A stretch of 64,000 bases of DNA from assembly GCA_964399675.1 (NCBI GenBank), contig CAYNRK010000001.1:64424-128423 (forward strand), in the 5' to 3' direction. The notes beneath the pieces were generated by a model. That model did no database searches and was not told the origin of the DNA. It was given only the letters and a program-made list of their open reading frames with translations. The number at the start of each line of letters is the position of its first letter. Position 1 is the first letter of the stretch. The position numbers and the translations under genes were made by a program. The stretch comes from an uncultured Gammaproteobacteria bacterium. GTDB taxonomy: Bacteria; Patescibacteriota; Patescibacteriia; UBA9934; GWF2-40-263. This document shows, piece by piece, positions 11,019 to 19,783 of this stretch.

Positions 11019-12128
11019 ATGTTTGCAACTAGATTTCAAAAATTCGCTTATAAATATTTTGCAAAGCCATTCTTTTTTAAGCTTGATCCAGAGCAAGTTC
11101 ATGACCGCATTTGCCGTCTTGGACAAAAACTAGGCGATTCGTCTATTTGCCGCGCAGTAACAAAATGGCTTTTTGCTTTTGAGCATCCAATGCTAGAGCA
11201 GAAGATTCTTAACATCTCATTTAGGAATCCTGTTGGGCTTACTGCCGGGTTTGATAAGAATGCAGAGATGACTCAGATCATGCCATCGGTTGGATTTGGT
11301 TTTGAAATAGTTGGTTCAATTTCAGGTATGCCTTGTAAAGGCAATCCAGCTCCAAGACTTTGGAGACTTCCAAAATCAAAAGGTCTGGTTGTTTATTATG
11401 GATTGAAAAATGATGGTGCAGAAGTTATTGCTTCAAGATTACAAAAAAAGTCTTTTAAGATTCCTTTAGGCATCAGTGTTGTAAAAGCAAACTCAAAGGA
11501 GGTTGTTAGTGTGGAGGCTGGAATTGAGGATTACAAAAAAGCAATGAACACAATGAAAGATGTTGGGGATTTTTTTGTAATAAATATCAGTTGCCCAAAC
11601 GTATTTGGCGGGGAACCATTTGGAGATCCTGATCGGTTAGACGCGCTTTTAACTGAGCTTGATCAAATAGAAACTTCAAAACCAATCTTTCTAAAAATCG
11701 CTGTTGATATTTCGCCAAGTGAACTTGATGGGTTGGTTGAGGTTGCTGGTAGGCATCGTGTGCATGGTTTTATAATTTCAAATCTTACAAAGAAAAAGGA
11801 TCGTTCAACAATCGATCAATCAGAGTTGTCAGAAGAACAAAAGGGTGGAATTAGCGGTCGACCTACATTTAAACCATCGAATAAACTTATTTCACATTTA
11901 TATAAAACCACAGGGGATCGTTATGTAATTATTGGCGTAGGAGGAATTTTTTCAGCAGAGGATGCGTATGAGAAAATTATTCGCGGCGCGTCTTTGGTTC
12001 AACTTGCAACTGGAATGATTTTTAATGGACCCCAGTTGATTGGAGAGATTAATAAAGGTCTTGTGAGACTTTTGAAAAAAGATGGATTTGATTCCGTATC
12101 TGATGCAGTTGGGTCAAAATTTTTATAA
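11019..12128 (+). CDS. pyrD: Dihydroorotate dehydrogenase (class 2, quinone-dependent type)
   Basis: NPVGLTAGFDKN, GFGFEIVGSI, ISCPN and C-terminal GGI...ATGMIFNGP motifs. Confidence 0.85.
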   Translation: MFATRFQKFAYKYFAKPFFFKLDPEQVHDRICRLGQKLGDSSICRAVTKWLFAFEHPMLEQKILNISFRNPVGLTAGFDKNAEMTQIMPSVGFGFEIVGSISGMPCKGNPAPRLWRLPKSKGLVVYYGLKNDGAEVIASRLQKKSFKIPLGISVVKANSKEVVSVEAGIEDYKKAMNTMKDVGDFFVINISCPNVFGGEPFGDPDRLDALLTELDQIETSKPIFLKIAVDISPSELDGLVEVAGRHRVHGFIISNLTKKKDRSTIDQSELSEEQKGGISGRPTFKPSNKLISHLYKTTGDRYVIIGVGGIFSAEDAYEKIIRGASLVQLATGMIFNGPQLIGEINKGLVRLLKKDGFDSVSDAVGSKFL

Positions 12129-12148
12129 AAAGAAAAGCCGTGATCGAG

Positions 12149-12403
12149 TTAGATCACGGCATAGGGGTCAGAGGTCTCGATCAGAGTGAAGGTGATCGCG
12201 GTTGGATTGAAGACGAGCAAGCCAGCCTCCAGATCAATACGGAAAACCTCGATGACTTCAACGTTGGCTTCGGTGAGACCGGTTCGAGCTTTCTCTTTAT
12301 CAGAGAGTTTGCGAATCACGCCGACTGTGTCACCTACTCGTAGCAGGGCGTTGAGGTGGTTGGTGAGCGCAAGAATAGCATCACGCCTGGGATCGACGTT
12401 CAT
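12149..12403 (-). CDS. Hypothetical protein (GC-rich islet)
   Basis: 84-aa ORF, GC ~55%, convergent with pyrD; no family recognised. Confidence 0.3.
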   Translation of the reverse strand: MNVDPRRDAILALTNHLNALLRVGDTVGVIRKLSDKEKARTGLTEANVEVIEVFRIDLEAGLLVFNPTAITFTLIETSDPYAVI

Positions 12404-12462
12404 GATAGACCTCCGTTAGTATCCGCTCACGAGAAGTTTATGAGCGGGTAGAAAGGGGCGAG

Positions 12463-12957
12463 CTAAGCAGCAGCTCGCCTACGGTTGAGTTGGGCAAATG
12501 CTTTTGCCCAGTTTTTGAGCGAAACGTACTTTGGGTCGTAACCGCCCGAGCAGTTTGCGTATGCTCCACCTCCAGGATAGGGAAGGTGCTCTGTCATCAG
12601 GACTGATCGACGAGCTTCTTCATCCTCGCCAATCTGTTGACAGATGATCATTCCATTCATGTACCGATCAATCCCCATGAGCTGACCGGCCGTGTACAGA
12701 ACGATCCTGCGAACGTTGCGGCGGTAGGCTGTTCCCGCGAGCATTATTCCGCACGGAGAGTTGTTGTCAGAGTCTGGCCTCTCCTTGATCCAGGGATCAA
12801 CCATGATCGCTTCGATTGCCTCATCCGTGTCCGCTTTGGATCGGACGTATGCAACCGCTTCTGTGTAGTTGTCAAAGACGACCACGTCATGCTCAGGCAT
12901 TTGTTCTTGTGCTGCCTGGAGTTGGCGCGGATTGCAATCAACCACGAGAATGCGCAT
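12463..12957 (-). CDS. Hypothetical protein with receiver(REC)-like N-terminus (GC-rich islet)
   Basis: AGGAGGA SD 4 nt before the ATG; MRILVVDCN...VVVFDNYTEAVAYV resembles a CheY-like fold start but is degenerate. Confidence 0.4.
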   Translation of the reverse strand: MRILVVDCNPRQLQAAQEQMPEHDVVVFDNYTEAVAYVRSKADTDEAIEAIMVDPWIKERPDSDNNSPCGIMLAGTAYRRNVRRIVLYTAGQLMGIDRYMNGMIICQQIGEDEEARRSVLMTEHLPYPGGGAYANCSGGYDPKYVSLKNWAKAFAQLNRRRAAA

Positions 12958-13011
12958 GAGTCCTCCTATTAAAAAAAGCGTCTTCCAACAGAAAAGACGC
13001 ACTGAACCAAC

Positions 13012-13040
13012 CGGAATAGAATACGTCTCACAAACAAAAA
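13012..13040 (-). terminator. Rho-independent terminator downstream of rpsP
   Basis: Minus-strand GCGTCTTTTCTGTTGGAAGACGC hairpin followed by a T7 run. Confidence 0.5.
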
Positions 13041-13230
13041 CGATCGCTTGCGCGACGTATTCAGGTTTCCGTTCGCATCTTTCCCAAATGGGTTTGGATT
13101 TCGCACCTTATCTTTTCAGACAGGTTGCGGGCAGTTCATAGGGCCAATTCCCTCACTGCACTCTGAATACGTTTTCTTTAATTGTATTTAAAAAATAACA
13201 GGGATCAACTTTTTTGTCAATCCCTGAAAT

Positions 13231-13671
13231 TTATTCTTTTGTTTCTTCTTTTTTTGGTTCCTCTTCTTTTGCTTCCTTAGCAGGTGCTTCAGCCTTTGGT
13301 TCCTCTGCTGGCTTTTCTTCTTCAACCTCTTTTACCTCTTCGACTTCTTTAACCTCTTTACCCGTCTTTTCTTTCTCTTCCATCTTGGTCTTACGTTTCT
13401 TGCTAATGTGCGTAGCTGTTCGTTTCTTTCCCTCAATAACTTTTTCATCTACAAGCAAATTCCATAGCGTGTCAGTTGCTTCAGCGCCTTGGCCAAGCCA
13501 GTATTTGATTCGATCCGCTTTGACAACTAGTTCTCGGGGTTCCTTGCGAGGATTGTAATGCCCCAAAATTTCAAGAGAATTTGCCCATGGGTCGCGGTGT
13601 TTTGGCATAACCACGATTCGATAGATAGGGGCTTTCTTTTTTCCAACTCTTGATAATCTAATTGATAGCAT
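13231..13671 (-). CDS. rpsP: 30S ribosomal protein S16 with Lys/Glu-rich C-terminal extension
   Basis: MLSIRLSRVGKKKAPIYRIVV...NLLVDEKVIEG is the S16 core; the KE-rich low-complexity tail is encoded by the direct-repeat region 13261-13390. Confidence 0.9.
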   Translation of the reverse strand: MLSIRLSRVGKKKAPIYRIVVMPKHRDPWANSLEILGHYNPRKEPRELVVKADRIKYWLGQGAEATDTLWNLLVDEKVIEGKKRTATHISKKRKTKMEEKEKTGKEVKEVEEVKEVEEEKPAEEPKAEAPAKEAKEEEPKKEETKE

Positions 13672-13812
13672 AATTTGATATTATTTTGTCATTTTGAGCA
13701 GTTGACGATGTTCGGATAATAATGGATTAAAACAAAAAAGTCAATATACGTTTTTGTGTTTTGACAAGACAAGATATTTAGCTAACTTTAGTCAAATAAC
13801 TGTCCGTAGCTC

Positions 13813-13841
13813 TTGACAAACTTGCCAAAATGTGATATAGT
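13813..13841 (+). promoter_or_regulatory. Consensus sigma70 promoter of an orphan transcript
   Basis: TTGACA-17 nt-TATAGT. Confidence 0.45.
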
Positions 13842-13849
13842 AATGCGCG

Positions 13850-14005
13850 TAAAGGTAAAACAGACCTTAAAACTAAAACGTTTGGGGAGAGAGACCTAAA
13901 TCGTTCCGCTTACTTAAAAGTAAGCGATTATCTGGTATTTCCAGATAAAAAGCCGATTATTGGGTATTTCTTCCGGAAATGCCTAGTAGTCGGCTTTTTC
14001 GTTGA
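13850..14005 (+). ncRNA. Candidate small structured RNA (three hairpins, terminal T-run)
   Basis: Hairpins GCTTACT/AGTAAGC, TATCTGG/CCAGATA, AGCCGA...TCGGCT followed by TTTTT; only an 18-codon ORF inside. Confidence 0.3.
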
Positions 14006-14082
14006 TTGAGCAATGAAAGTTTCTGATAATCAGTTTCAGTGATTTTCACCGCTCAACCAACGGCACCAAAGGAGCCAACACC

Positions 14083-14697
14083 ATGCGGACCTTCAAGCTT
14101 CTGGCACTCGGTTACATCGCGATTCTCGTGACCGTGGGCCTGACCCACGAGTACGAGAACACGGCCGCCGCCGCTCCCGCCGCGACCACGGACACCGACC
14201 TGTCCGGGTCGGTCATGGCGAGCCTGGTCCTGCACCAGGCCGCAACGAACGGAGTCGGGCCCGTCATGCTCGCCATCGCCACTCCCTCCGTCACCGCCCT
14301 GACCGTCGACTCGGAGCCTCACGACGCGCACATCGCCGCGTACTACGAGCAGGCCGAGGACCACGACGCGCACGTGCGGGAGTACTACTCCCAGAACAGC
14401 GCCAGCGCCGACGCCGAGGAGACCGACGCCGAGGTCATGACCTTCACCGTGGCCGAGGTCGAGCTCGGGTCCGACCTCCACGGAGAGGGCGAGATCGAGG
14501 TCGTCGACCTCGACGAGGTCTCGGGTTCGGAGATTCCGGGCTTCGAGATGGTCGTGGGGGAGACCGAGCAGGTCGAGCTCACCGAGGACGACTTCGCGCC
14601 CGAGCTGAGCGCCACCGTGGTTGCCTCGGTCAGGCCCGGTCTGGAGCAGGTCACCTTCTCGGAGACCCGCGCCTCGGAGCTGCTCGGCTGGCAGTAA
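14083..14697 (+). CDS. Secreted/membrane-anchored acidic hypothetical protein (GC-rich island)
   Basis: AGGAG SD 8 nt upstream; N-terminal TM/signal; D/E-rich; GC ~65%. Confidence 0.5.
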   Translation: MRTFKLLALGYIAILVTVGLTHEYENTAAAAPAATTDTDLSGSVMASLVLHQAATNGVGPVMLAIATPSVTALTVDSEPHDAHIAAYYEQAEDHDAHVREYYSQNSASADAEETDAEVMTFTVAEVELGSDLHGEGEIEVVDLDEVSGSEIPGFEMVVGETEQVELTEDDFAPELSATVVASVRPGLEQVTFSETRASELLGWQ

Positions 14698-14749
14698 CGA
14701 CTCGGGCAATTCTGCCCACTCGGGCCGGTCCACTCTGGATCGGCCCGCT

Positions 14750-14789
14750 CACCTGAGACTTTGAACAAAGTTCGAAGCATCAGGTGAGG
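14750..14789 (+). repeat. Island hairpin repeat R (CACCTGAG...TCAGGTGAGG), copy 1
   Basis: Identical 40-bp core again at 15235-15274; variants at 15741-15837, 16710-16747, 17789-17828. Confidence 0.7.
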
Positions 14790-14829
14790 CTCAACCCGTA
14801 CTGCATCAGGCAGATTAGAGAGAGGCACC

Positions 14830-15156
14830 ATGGATTTCGAAGGGAATTGCGACAAGTGCGGCCAGCCCGTGGCCGCTGGCAACAACCTGCTGATCGTGGG
14901 ATTGGTTGCCAAGAGAATCACCAACCACGGAGTCGACTACGACCCGGCAGACTGTGACGTGTGGGACCTCACCGTAGGGTTGTCCCATCAGTCGCGCCAC
15001 TTCCTCCCGACCGAGGAGGGGTGCGAGGGGTCGCCGAGCCGGGCTCAGTACATCGAGGGACAGCCGCGCGACATGCGAGGGTTCTCCTACGACCCCGACA
15101 AGGAGGCGCTGTTCCGCGCCGCTTACGCACGGGTCAAGAGCGGTCAGCCCTACTAA
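14830..15156 (+). CDS. Hypothetical Cys-containing protein (GC-rich island)
   Basis: SD GAGAGAGG before ATG; follows repeat R copy 1. Confidence 0.45.
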   Translation: MDFEGNCDKCGQPVAAGNNLLIVGLVAKRITNHGVDYDPADCDVWDLTVGLSHQSRHFLPTEEGCEGSPSRAQYIEGQPRDMRGFSYDPDKEALFRAAYARVKSGQPY

Positions 15157-15234
15157 AAAAGCAACCGCGTTCGAGCGCGGTAATCGAGCCGTGCTCGAAC
15201 CCACCTCAGGTCAAGTTATGCTTCTTGGCCACCC

Positions 15235-15274
15235 CACCTGAGACTTTGAACAAAGTTCGAAGCATCAGGTGAGG
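15235..15274 (+). repeat. Island hairpin repeat R, copy 2
   Basis: Exact repeat of 14750-14789. Confidence 0.7.
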
Positions 15275-15293
15275 CAACCATAAGAGCGAGAAG

Positions 15294-15443
15294 ATGGAAT
15301 TCATCGTAATCCTCGCAGTGTCGAGTCTGGCCTGTGCCCTCGGTCTTCGGCTGATCAAACCTGAGCATCGACATCCCATCCACCCCGAGGTCACGGTTTC
15401 GTTCGATACGGATGGAAACGCGGTCTTCACACCCAAGCAGTAG
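15294..15443 (+). CDS. Small membrane peptide (49 aa)
   Basis: Short ORF directly after repeat R copy 2 with an N-terminal hydrophobic helix. Confidence 0.25.
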   Translation: MEFIVILAVSSLACALGLRLIKPEHRHPIHPEVTVSFDTDGNAVFTPKQ

Positions 15444-15450
15444 GAGGTCA

Positions 15451-15597
15451 GATGACCTTTTTCAAGAACCTGTTCGATTCGATCCGTGCATTCTGCACCG
15501 GCGAGGTTCGGACGATCTCGGTGGCATTGCTGCCGTTCGAGACCACCACCAACGACGACCGGCTCATCTGGCTGCCGGTTCCGAAGAGGAGGAAGTA
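15451..15597 (+). CDS. Small hypothetical peptide (48 aa)
   Basis: GGAGG SD 3 nt before the ATG. Confidence 0.25.
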
Positions 15598-15687
15598 GTG
15601 CCGATCGAGCTCGTGTTCACGGTTCTGGGTGCGTCGGCTGTGGTGGTGTTCTGCACCCTCGCCGCCGCGCGTCTCCTCAACTGGTAG
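15598..15687 (+). CDS. Tiny TM peptide (29 aa)
   Basis: GTG start after AGGAGGAAG; single TM helix; immediately followed by repeat S. Confidence 0.2.
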   Translation: MPIELVFTVLGASAVVVFCTLAAARLLNW

Positions 15688-15837
15688 TACAATGGGAACG
15701 TACTACTCACAACAACCTGCCGGACTTCCCATCCGGCTTTCACCTGAGAGTTTAAATCAGGTAGCCCAAGGCTTTAGCCTTGGCGAAAACCGACACTAAA
15801 GTGTCGGGCTACCAACAAGTTGAACTTTCAGGTGAGG
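15686..15837 (+). repeat. Composite structured repeat (module S + elaborated R)
   Basis: GTACAATGGGAACGTACTACTCACAACAAC..GCCGGACTTCCCA.CCGGCT.TCACCTGAGA shared with 17735-17790; R arms enclose nested hairpins CCAAGGCTTTAGCCTTGG and CGACACTAAAGTGTCG. Confidence 0.65.
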
Positions 15838-16709
15838 AATCAACCACAGCCGGCCACGTCCCGCAACACGACGGAGGCGGCTGTACAACTGCAAAGGGAG
15901 AAGTTTGATGCGAGGCAGAAAAAGGAAGCGCTAGAAACTTATTATCCGTCTAGCGTGGATCTGACCTGTAAAAAGGGTAGGGATGATAAACGTACCATGC
16001 GTAGGTAGGTAGCAGAGAGTGGGGAACGGAAAATCGTCATGACTGAGCAGAAGCTCTACGGCGGTGGAACAAGTACGAAGCGAGGCTGCAACCTATCTCC
16101 CTTTTCATCACGTCCCGGCGGCCTTCTGATGTGGTCGCCCGGAAACGCGTGATAAGGACGTAAAGCATGGGAGACAATGAATCGCCAACGTCTCAAACCC
16201 GCGTTCGCGGGAGTGGTGAGCTGGTAATGCACTGGAGAACAGTGGGGATGTCGTTTTAGGGGAAGCGCACGGAAAAATCACTTGATCGTGCGTGGATCAT
16301 ACCAAGGTGGTCGGTGTAGCATGCGAGCTTGAGTGCAGAGAGTTAGGAAAGGGCTTGCCTTAGTACGAAGCAAGGCTGCAAGGTCACGGAGACCGCGGGT
16401 CCGATGAGGGTCCGTATCAAGCTCATTGAAGTGTATCAGTACCCATTCTGAGCATTTCAAGACATCGTAAGGGTCGCGCTAGAGCATGCAAGGCCAAAGT
16501 TCGTTGAATCCTTTGAGGATCGAAGCACTCCGAATTGAGATCAAAGAGTGCAGCGATCCAATACGAACAACCGGGGTTTTTGTGGATTCCCTCGGCCCGC
16601 AAGGGATATAAAGAACACTCCTGCCGTGGAGGTCAATAGGCAACTCGGCACGTCGCTCGCGAGCGACGTGCTCGGCGGCGGGGATCCAACTCAGATCCTC
16701 GCCGCCATT

Positions 16710-16747
16710 CACCCGAGTTCTCGAGCTTGCTCGAGTATTCAGGTGAG
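16710..16747 (+). repeat. Island hairpin repeat R variant
   Basis: CACCCGAG TTCTCGAGC-TTG-CTCGAG TATTCAGGTGAGG. Confidence 0.55.
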
Positions 16748-16768
16748 GCAATCCGACAAGGAGGTCTA

Positions 16769-16991
16769 CGTGAGACGAGTCATTAGTGGGTTTTTTGCTC
16801 TTCTGGCGATAGCATGCATGGTCTTCGGAGGAGTTTTCCTCTGGGGGATGTGCATCGCCTACGGGCCAGCAGCAGACGCTGCGGTCGGGCCAGGCGAGCC
16901 TGGTCTTCTCCAGTGGGGGATCCTCTTCGGTCTTCTTGGTGGAATGGGCCTGTCCGGCTTCCTGAGCTGGCTGATCCACCCCGACACCTGA
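16769..16991 (+). CDS. Small membrane protein (~74 aa)
   Basis: GTG start after AAGGAGG; two TM helices, Gly-rich. Confidence 0.35.
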
Positions 16992-17017
16992 TGCCCTCCA
17001 ACAAGAAGACAACCAAG

Positions 17018-17152
17018 CCGGAGTGTGCGAGCAAGAGTTCTCCTCTCCGGTACTAATGGTGACGAAGACGTTGTTACCATTATCCCACAAAGCTCTAAGC
17101 TGTGTGGGATCTTCAAATGATTTCTTGAGCAATCTCGAGATATCAGGTGAGG
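17018..17152 (+). repeat. Composite intergenic structured unit U (4 hairpins), copy 1
   Basis: CCGGAG..CTCCTCTCCGG hairpin, covarying hairpin, CCCACAAAGCTCTAAGCT.TGTGGG hairpin, terminal ..TCAGGTGAGG; paralogues at 18418-18549 and 19181-19302. Confidence 0.7.
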
Positions 17153-17187
17153 TAAGATTAGTGGATCACGTCAAGGAGCAGCGTAAA

Positions 17188-17703
17188 ATGGAGACCCTCA
17201 AGCTGATGATTCGTGTCATGATCTTGGTCGCGATCGGAGTAGTTTCGTTCCTGCACCTTGTGCACTCTGTGAGTGTGCCGGGAACGATCGCGATGTACGC
17301 CTCCTACGACATCGTGGTCGACGTGCCCAACACATTCCACTTCGTGTTCTGGTGGTGGGGTTCGATGGCTGCCCTGATCCTGGGTTCGATCCTGATCACG
17401 GGCCAGGAAGAGTACTTCCACAACATGCCTCGAAGCTACAGGATCTTCTTCAAGGTCGTGTTCTGGACAAACCTGGTCGCGTTTGCGGTCAACACTGGAC
17501 AGTTCGTGATCGCGGCAGAGCAGTGGATTCCGTATCCGCTGAGCTCCTTCGCGACCAGGATGAACATCTTCAGGCAGCTTTTCATGGGCTGGGCAAGTTT
17601 GATCCTTGGCTTCGCGGCCCTTCTGGCCACGATCAAGCCAAGGATCAGCCTGGCAGAACCCTGTGCGGTCGTGCTCGACCTGTTCGAGTGCCTCGAGGAG
17701 TAG
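17188..17703 (+). CDS. Polytopic membrane protein (~171 aa)
   Basis: AAGGAG SD 9 nt upstream of ATG; 4-5 TM helices. Confidence 0.5.
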   Translation: METLKLMIRVMILVAIGVVSFLHLVHSVSVPGTIAMYASYDIVVDVPNTFHFVFWWWGSMAALILGSILITGQEEYFHNMPRSYRIFFKVVFWTNLVAFAVNTGQFVIAAEQWIPYPLSSFATRMNIFRQLFMGWASLILGFAALLATIKPRISLAEPCAVVLDLFECLEE

Positions 17704-17734
17704 CCAGCTCCGCGGTTCGCGTTCTGGATCTGTA

Positions 17735-17828
17735 GTACAACGGGAACGTACTACTCACAACAACTCGCCGGACTTCCCACCCGGCTCTCACCTGAGATCT
17801 TGAGCAAGACTCGAGGCATCAGGTGAGG
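17735..17828 (+). repeat. Module S + R repeat, copy 2
   Basis: Near-identical to 15686-15750 followed by CACCTGAGATCTTGAGCAAGACTCGAGGCATCAGGTGAGG. Confidence 0.65.
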
Positions 17829-17937
17829 ACGTAAAGTGCCTGGCGGCACCACGTCCCAAGGGGAACATCTTGTTCCATAAATTGGGCATCCTCTGCCTGT
17901 CGGTTTGTACACCACAAAAAGAGGAAAGGAGAGATAC

Positions 17938-18396
17938 GTGAACAAGCGTCTTATCGTGCTCGCAATGAGCACTCTCGTCATCGTCAGCCTCTGCTTCGCG
18001 TGGAGCATGCTGAACCTCATCTACACCGGAGAGTTCTTCTTCGTGGAGGACGGCAGCATCTACCGGAGCCTGTCGAACCCGTCGATGGGGCTCGTGCTGA
18101 TGATTCTCCTCACCATCGTCGGGCGTGCCGACAAGGAGAAGTTCGGGTACAGGGCACGAGACCGACTCTACCTGGCTCAGGGGCTGAGCACGTGGCTGGT
18201 GTTCGCTACCATGGCGTTCGGCTCTGGTCTGTTGTGTTGGCTGACCCAGTTCCACCGGCTGAACACCACGAACGTGTTCGTGGAACAGTTCGCGGTGTGG
18301 GGCGTCCTGATCACACTGGGTCTGTCCTACTGCCTCTACCGCTTCAAGCCGGTTTGGCCGCAAGGTCTGACCTGGACGGTAATCACCGAGCGGTAG
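17938..18396 (+). CDS. Polytopic membrane protein (~152 aa)
   Basis: GTG start after AAAGGAGAG; 4 TM helices. Confidence 0.5.
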   Translation: MNKRLIVLAMSTLVIVSLCFAWSMLNLIYTGEFFFVEDGSIYRSLSNPSMGLVLMILLTIVGRADKEKFGYRARDRLYLAQGLSTWLVFATMAFGSGLLCWLTQFHRLNTTNVFVEQFAVWGVLITLGLSYCLYRFKPVWPQGLTWTVITER

Positions 18397-18417
18397 GAGA
18401 GCAACAACAACATCGAA

Positions 18418-18549
18418 CCGGAGTGTGCGAGCAAAAGCCTCCTCTCCGGTACGAACAGTGACGAAGACGTCGTCACTCTTATCCCACAAAGCTCTAAGCT
18501 ATGTGGGATCCTCAGACGAGTTCTTGATTAGTCAAGTATTCATCTGAGG
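18418..18549 (+). repeat. Composite structured unit U, copy 2
   Basis: Same four-hairpin organisation with compensatory substitutions (AGTGACG/CGTCACT; CCTCAGA/TCTGAGG). Confidence 0.7.
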
Positions 18550-18586
18550 GTAATTCTGCCCAGACAACACGGAGGGGAAAAGAGAA

Positions 18587-18931
18587 ATGGAACCGAAATA
18601 CGAGATCGTGCTCACAACGCTTTTCGTCTGGGGCGGAAGCCTGTTGCTGTTCTTGCTCTACCGGCTCTGGCCGCACCTGATCAGTGCCTTTCTGATCATC
18701 TACTCGGTCTTCTTGAAGGGGGCTGGAGCTGGACTGGTCTTTCTCGCGGTCGTCGGGATCATGCTCTCAGAACTGTCCTTCGCGGGCAACAAAACTCAAA
18801 TCAACCCAGACTTCTACTGGGTTATCGGGGCGAGTCTGCTCACATTCTTGCTGGCAGCTCTGGAGTCCTACCTGGTTATCAGGATCAACCGTAGGTCCGA
18901 GAAGCACAACAGGCTTTGGGACGTGCGATAA
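18587..18931 (+). CDS. Membrane protein (114 aa)
   Basis: GGAGGGGAAAAGAGAA-ATG; 3 TM helices. Confidence 0.5.
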   Translation: MEPKYEIVLTTLFVWGGSLLLFLLYRLWPHLISAFLIIYSVFLKGAGAGLVFLAVVGIMLSELSFAGNKTQINPDFYWVIGASLLTFLLAALESYLVIRINRRSEKHNRLWDVR

Positions 18932-18935
18932 GGAG

Positions 18936-19163
18936 GTCCTTGTGAGAAGGATGCTGTTCATCATTCTGGTCGCCCTGGCGATCGGGAGTTACGCTGTCGA
19001 GATCTTCATGGTCATTGACATGGCCAAGCTTTTCCCGGAGACGATCGTCAACTGCGGAGAGCAATGTGAGCCGGGAAAGCCGTTGTTCAACACGAATTTC
19101 GGCTTGGGCACCGCGTTCCTGCTCTTCGGCTCGTTGAGCTTTTGCGCTTACACCAAGCGCTGA
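18936..19163 (+). CDS. Small membrane protein with CxxC (..CGEQCEPG..)
   Basis: GTG start after AAGGAGG; two TM segments. Confidence 0.4.
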   Translation, partial: VLVRRMLFIILVALAIGSYAVEIFMVIDMAKLFPETIVNCGEQCEPGKPLFNTNFGLGTAFLLFGSLSFCAYTKR

Positions 19164-19180
19164 ACTCAAGCCGAGTCAAA

Positions 19181-19302
19181 CCGGAGGAGCGGGCGTGAGT
19201 TCTCCTCTCCGGCATTGTTGCCTAGCAACAATCTGTCCCACAAAGCTCTAAGCTATGTGGGATCCTCAGATAAGTTTTTTATCAAAGAAAATTTATCTGA
19301 GG
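19181..19302 (+). repeat. Composite structured unit U, copy 3
   Basis: CCGGAGGAGC...CTCCTCTCCGG; ATTGTTG/CAACAAT hairpin; CCCACAAAGCTCTAAGCTATGTGGG; CCTCAGATAA/TTATCTGAGG. Confidence 0.7.
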
Positions 19303-19320
19303 AAAAAATAGGGGGAAGTC

Positions 19321-19656
19321 ATGGTGCACGGTAGTACCACCGTAGAACAGTTGAGTTCACTCGTTCTGAACATCATGGTGACCGGCTGGGTTGTTGTCAA
19401 GAACGACAGCGGCGCAGACCTGTTTTCCATGACGTTCGGAGATGAGATCGAACTCGCATCCCCAAAAGGGAAGATCAGTGTGATCGCTGACGACACTGGT
19501 CTGGGTGCTGACGTGGAGGGTCAGCACGTAAGACTCCGCTGGGGCAAAAACGAACTCGGGCCTTTCACGGTCTGGTTCATTCCCACTGAGCGCAGAGCAA
19601 CGCTGATCGCTTTGCATCTGAGCCGTAAGCTCGGGCGCATGGTGTGCGTTCTCTGA
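19321..19656 (+). CDS. Hypothetical soluble protein (111 aa)
   Basis: SD GGGGGAAG before ATG; last gene of the GC-rich island. Confidence 0.45.
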   Translation: MVHGSTTVEQLSSLVLNIMVTGWVVVKNDSGADLFSMTFGDEIELASPKGKISVIADDTGLGADVEGQHVRLRWGKNELGPFTVWFIPTERRATLIALHLSRKLGRMVCVL

Positions 19657-19783
19657 CAGTTGGCAGCGAGGCAGGACACGACATCCTGCAGCGCCCCCAT
19701 AGCTCCGAAGGAGCAACGGGGGCCCTCACCTAAGTCGTTACCTCTCTGTGGCGACTAAGCTGAGGGGAGCTCGTTCCTTAAAT

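Noticed and set aside
12186-12419. Plus-strand ORFs 12140-12343 and 12186-12419 overlapping the minus-strand gene at 12149-12403
   Set aside because: They are mutually overlapping frames in GC-rich DNA. The minus-strand frame was kept only at low confidence and none is well supported.
14053-18489. Long minus-strand ORFs in the GC island (14053-14733, 14385-14924, 16479-17132, 17788-18489)
   Set aside because: High-GC DNA yields long spurious frames. These have no SD, run antisense to SD-preceded plus-strand genes and read straight through the structured repeats.
14750-19302. Possibility that the island repeats form a CRISPR array
   Set aside because: Units are 40-135 bp, heterogeneous and irregularly spaced, each a multi-hairpin structure. 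The spacers are 200-700-bp protein-coding segments with SD sites. No cas genes are present.
17018-19302. Integron attC interpretation of the U/R repeats
   Set aside because: No intI is present and there are no recognisable RYYYAAC/GTTRRRY core sites. Each unit is several independent hairpins rather than one long imperfect palindrome. The cassette analogy is kept only as a hypothesis.
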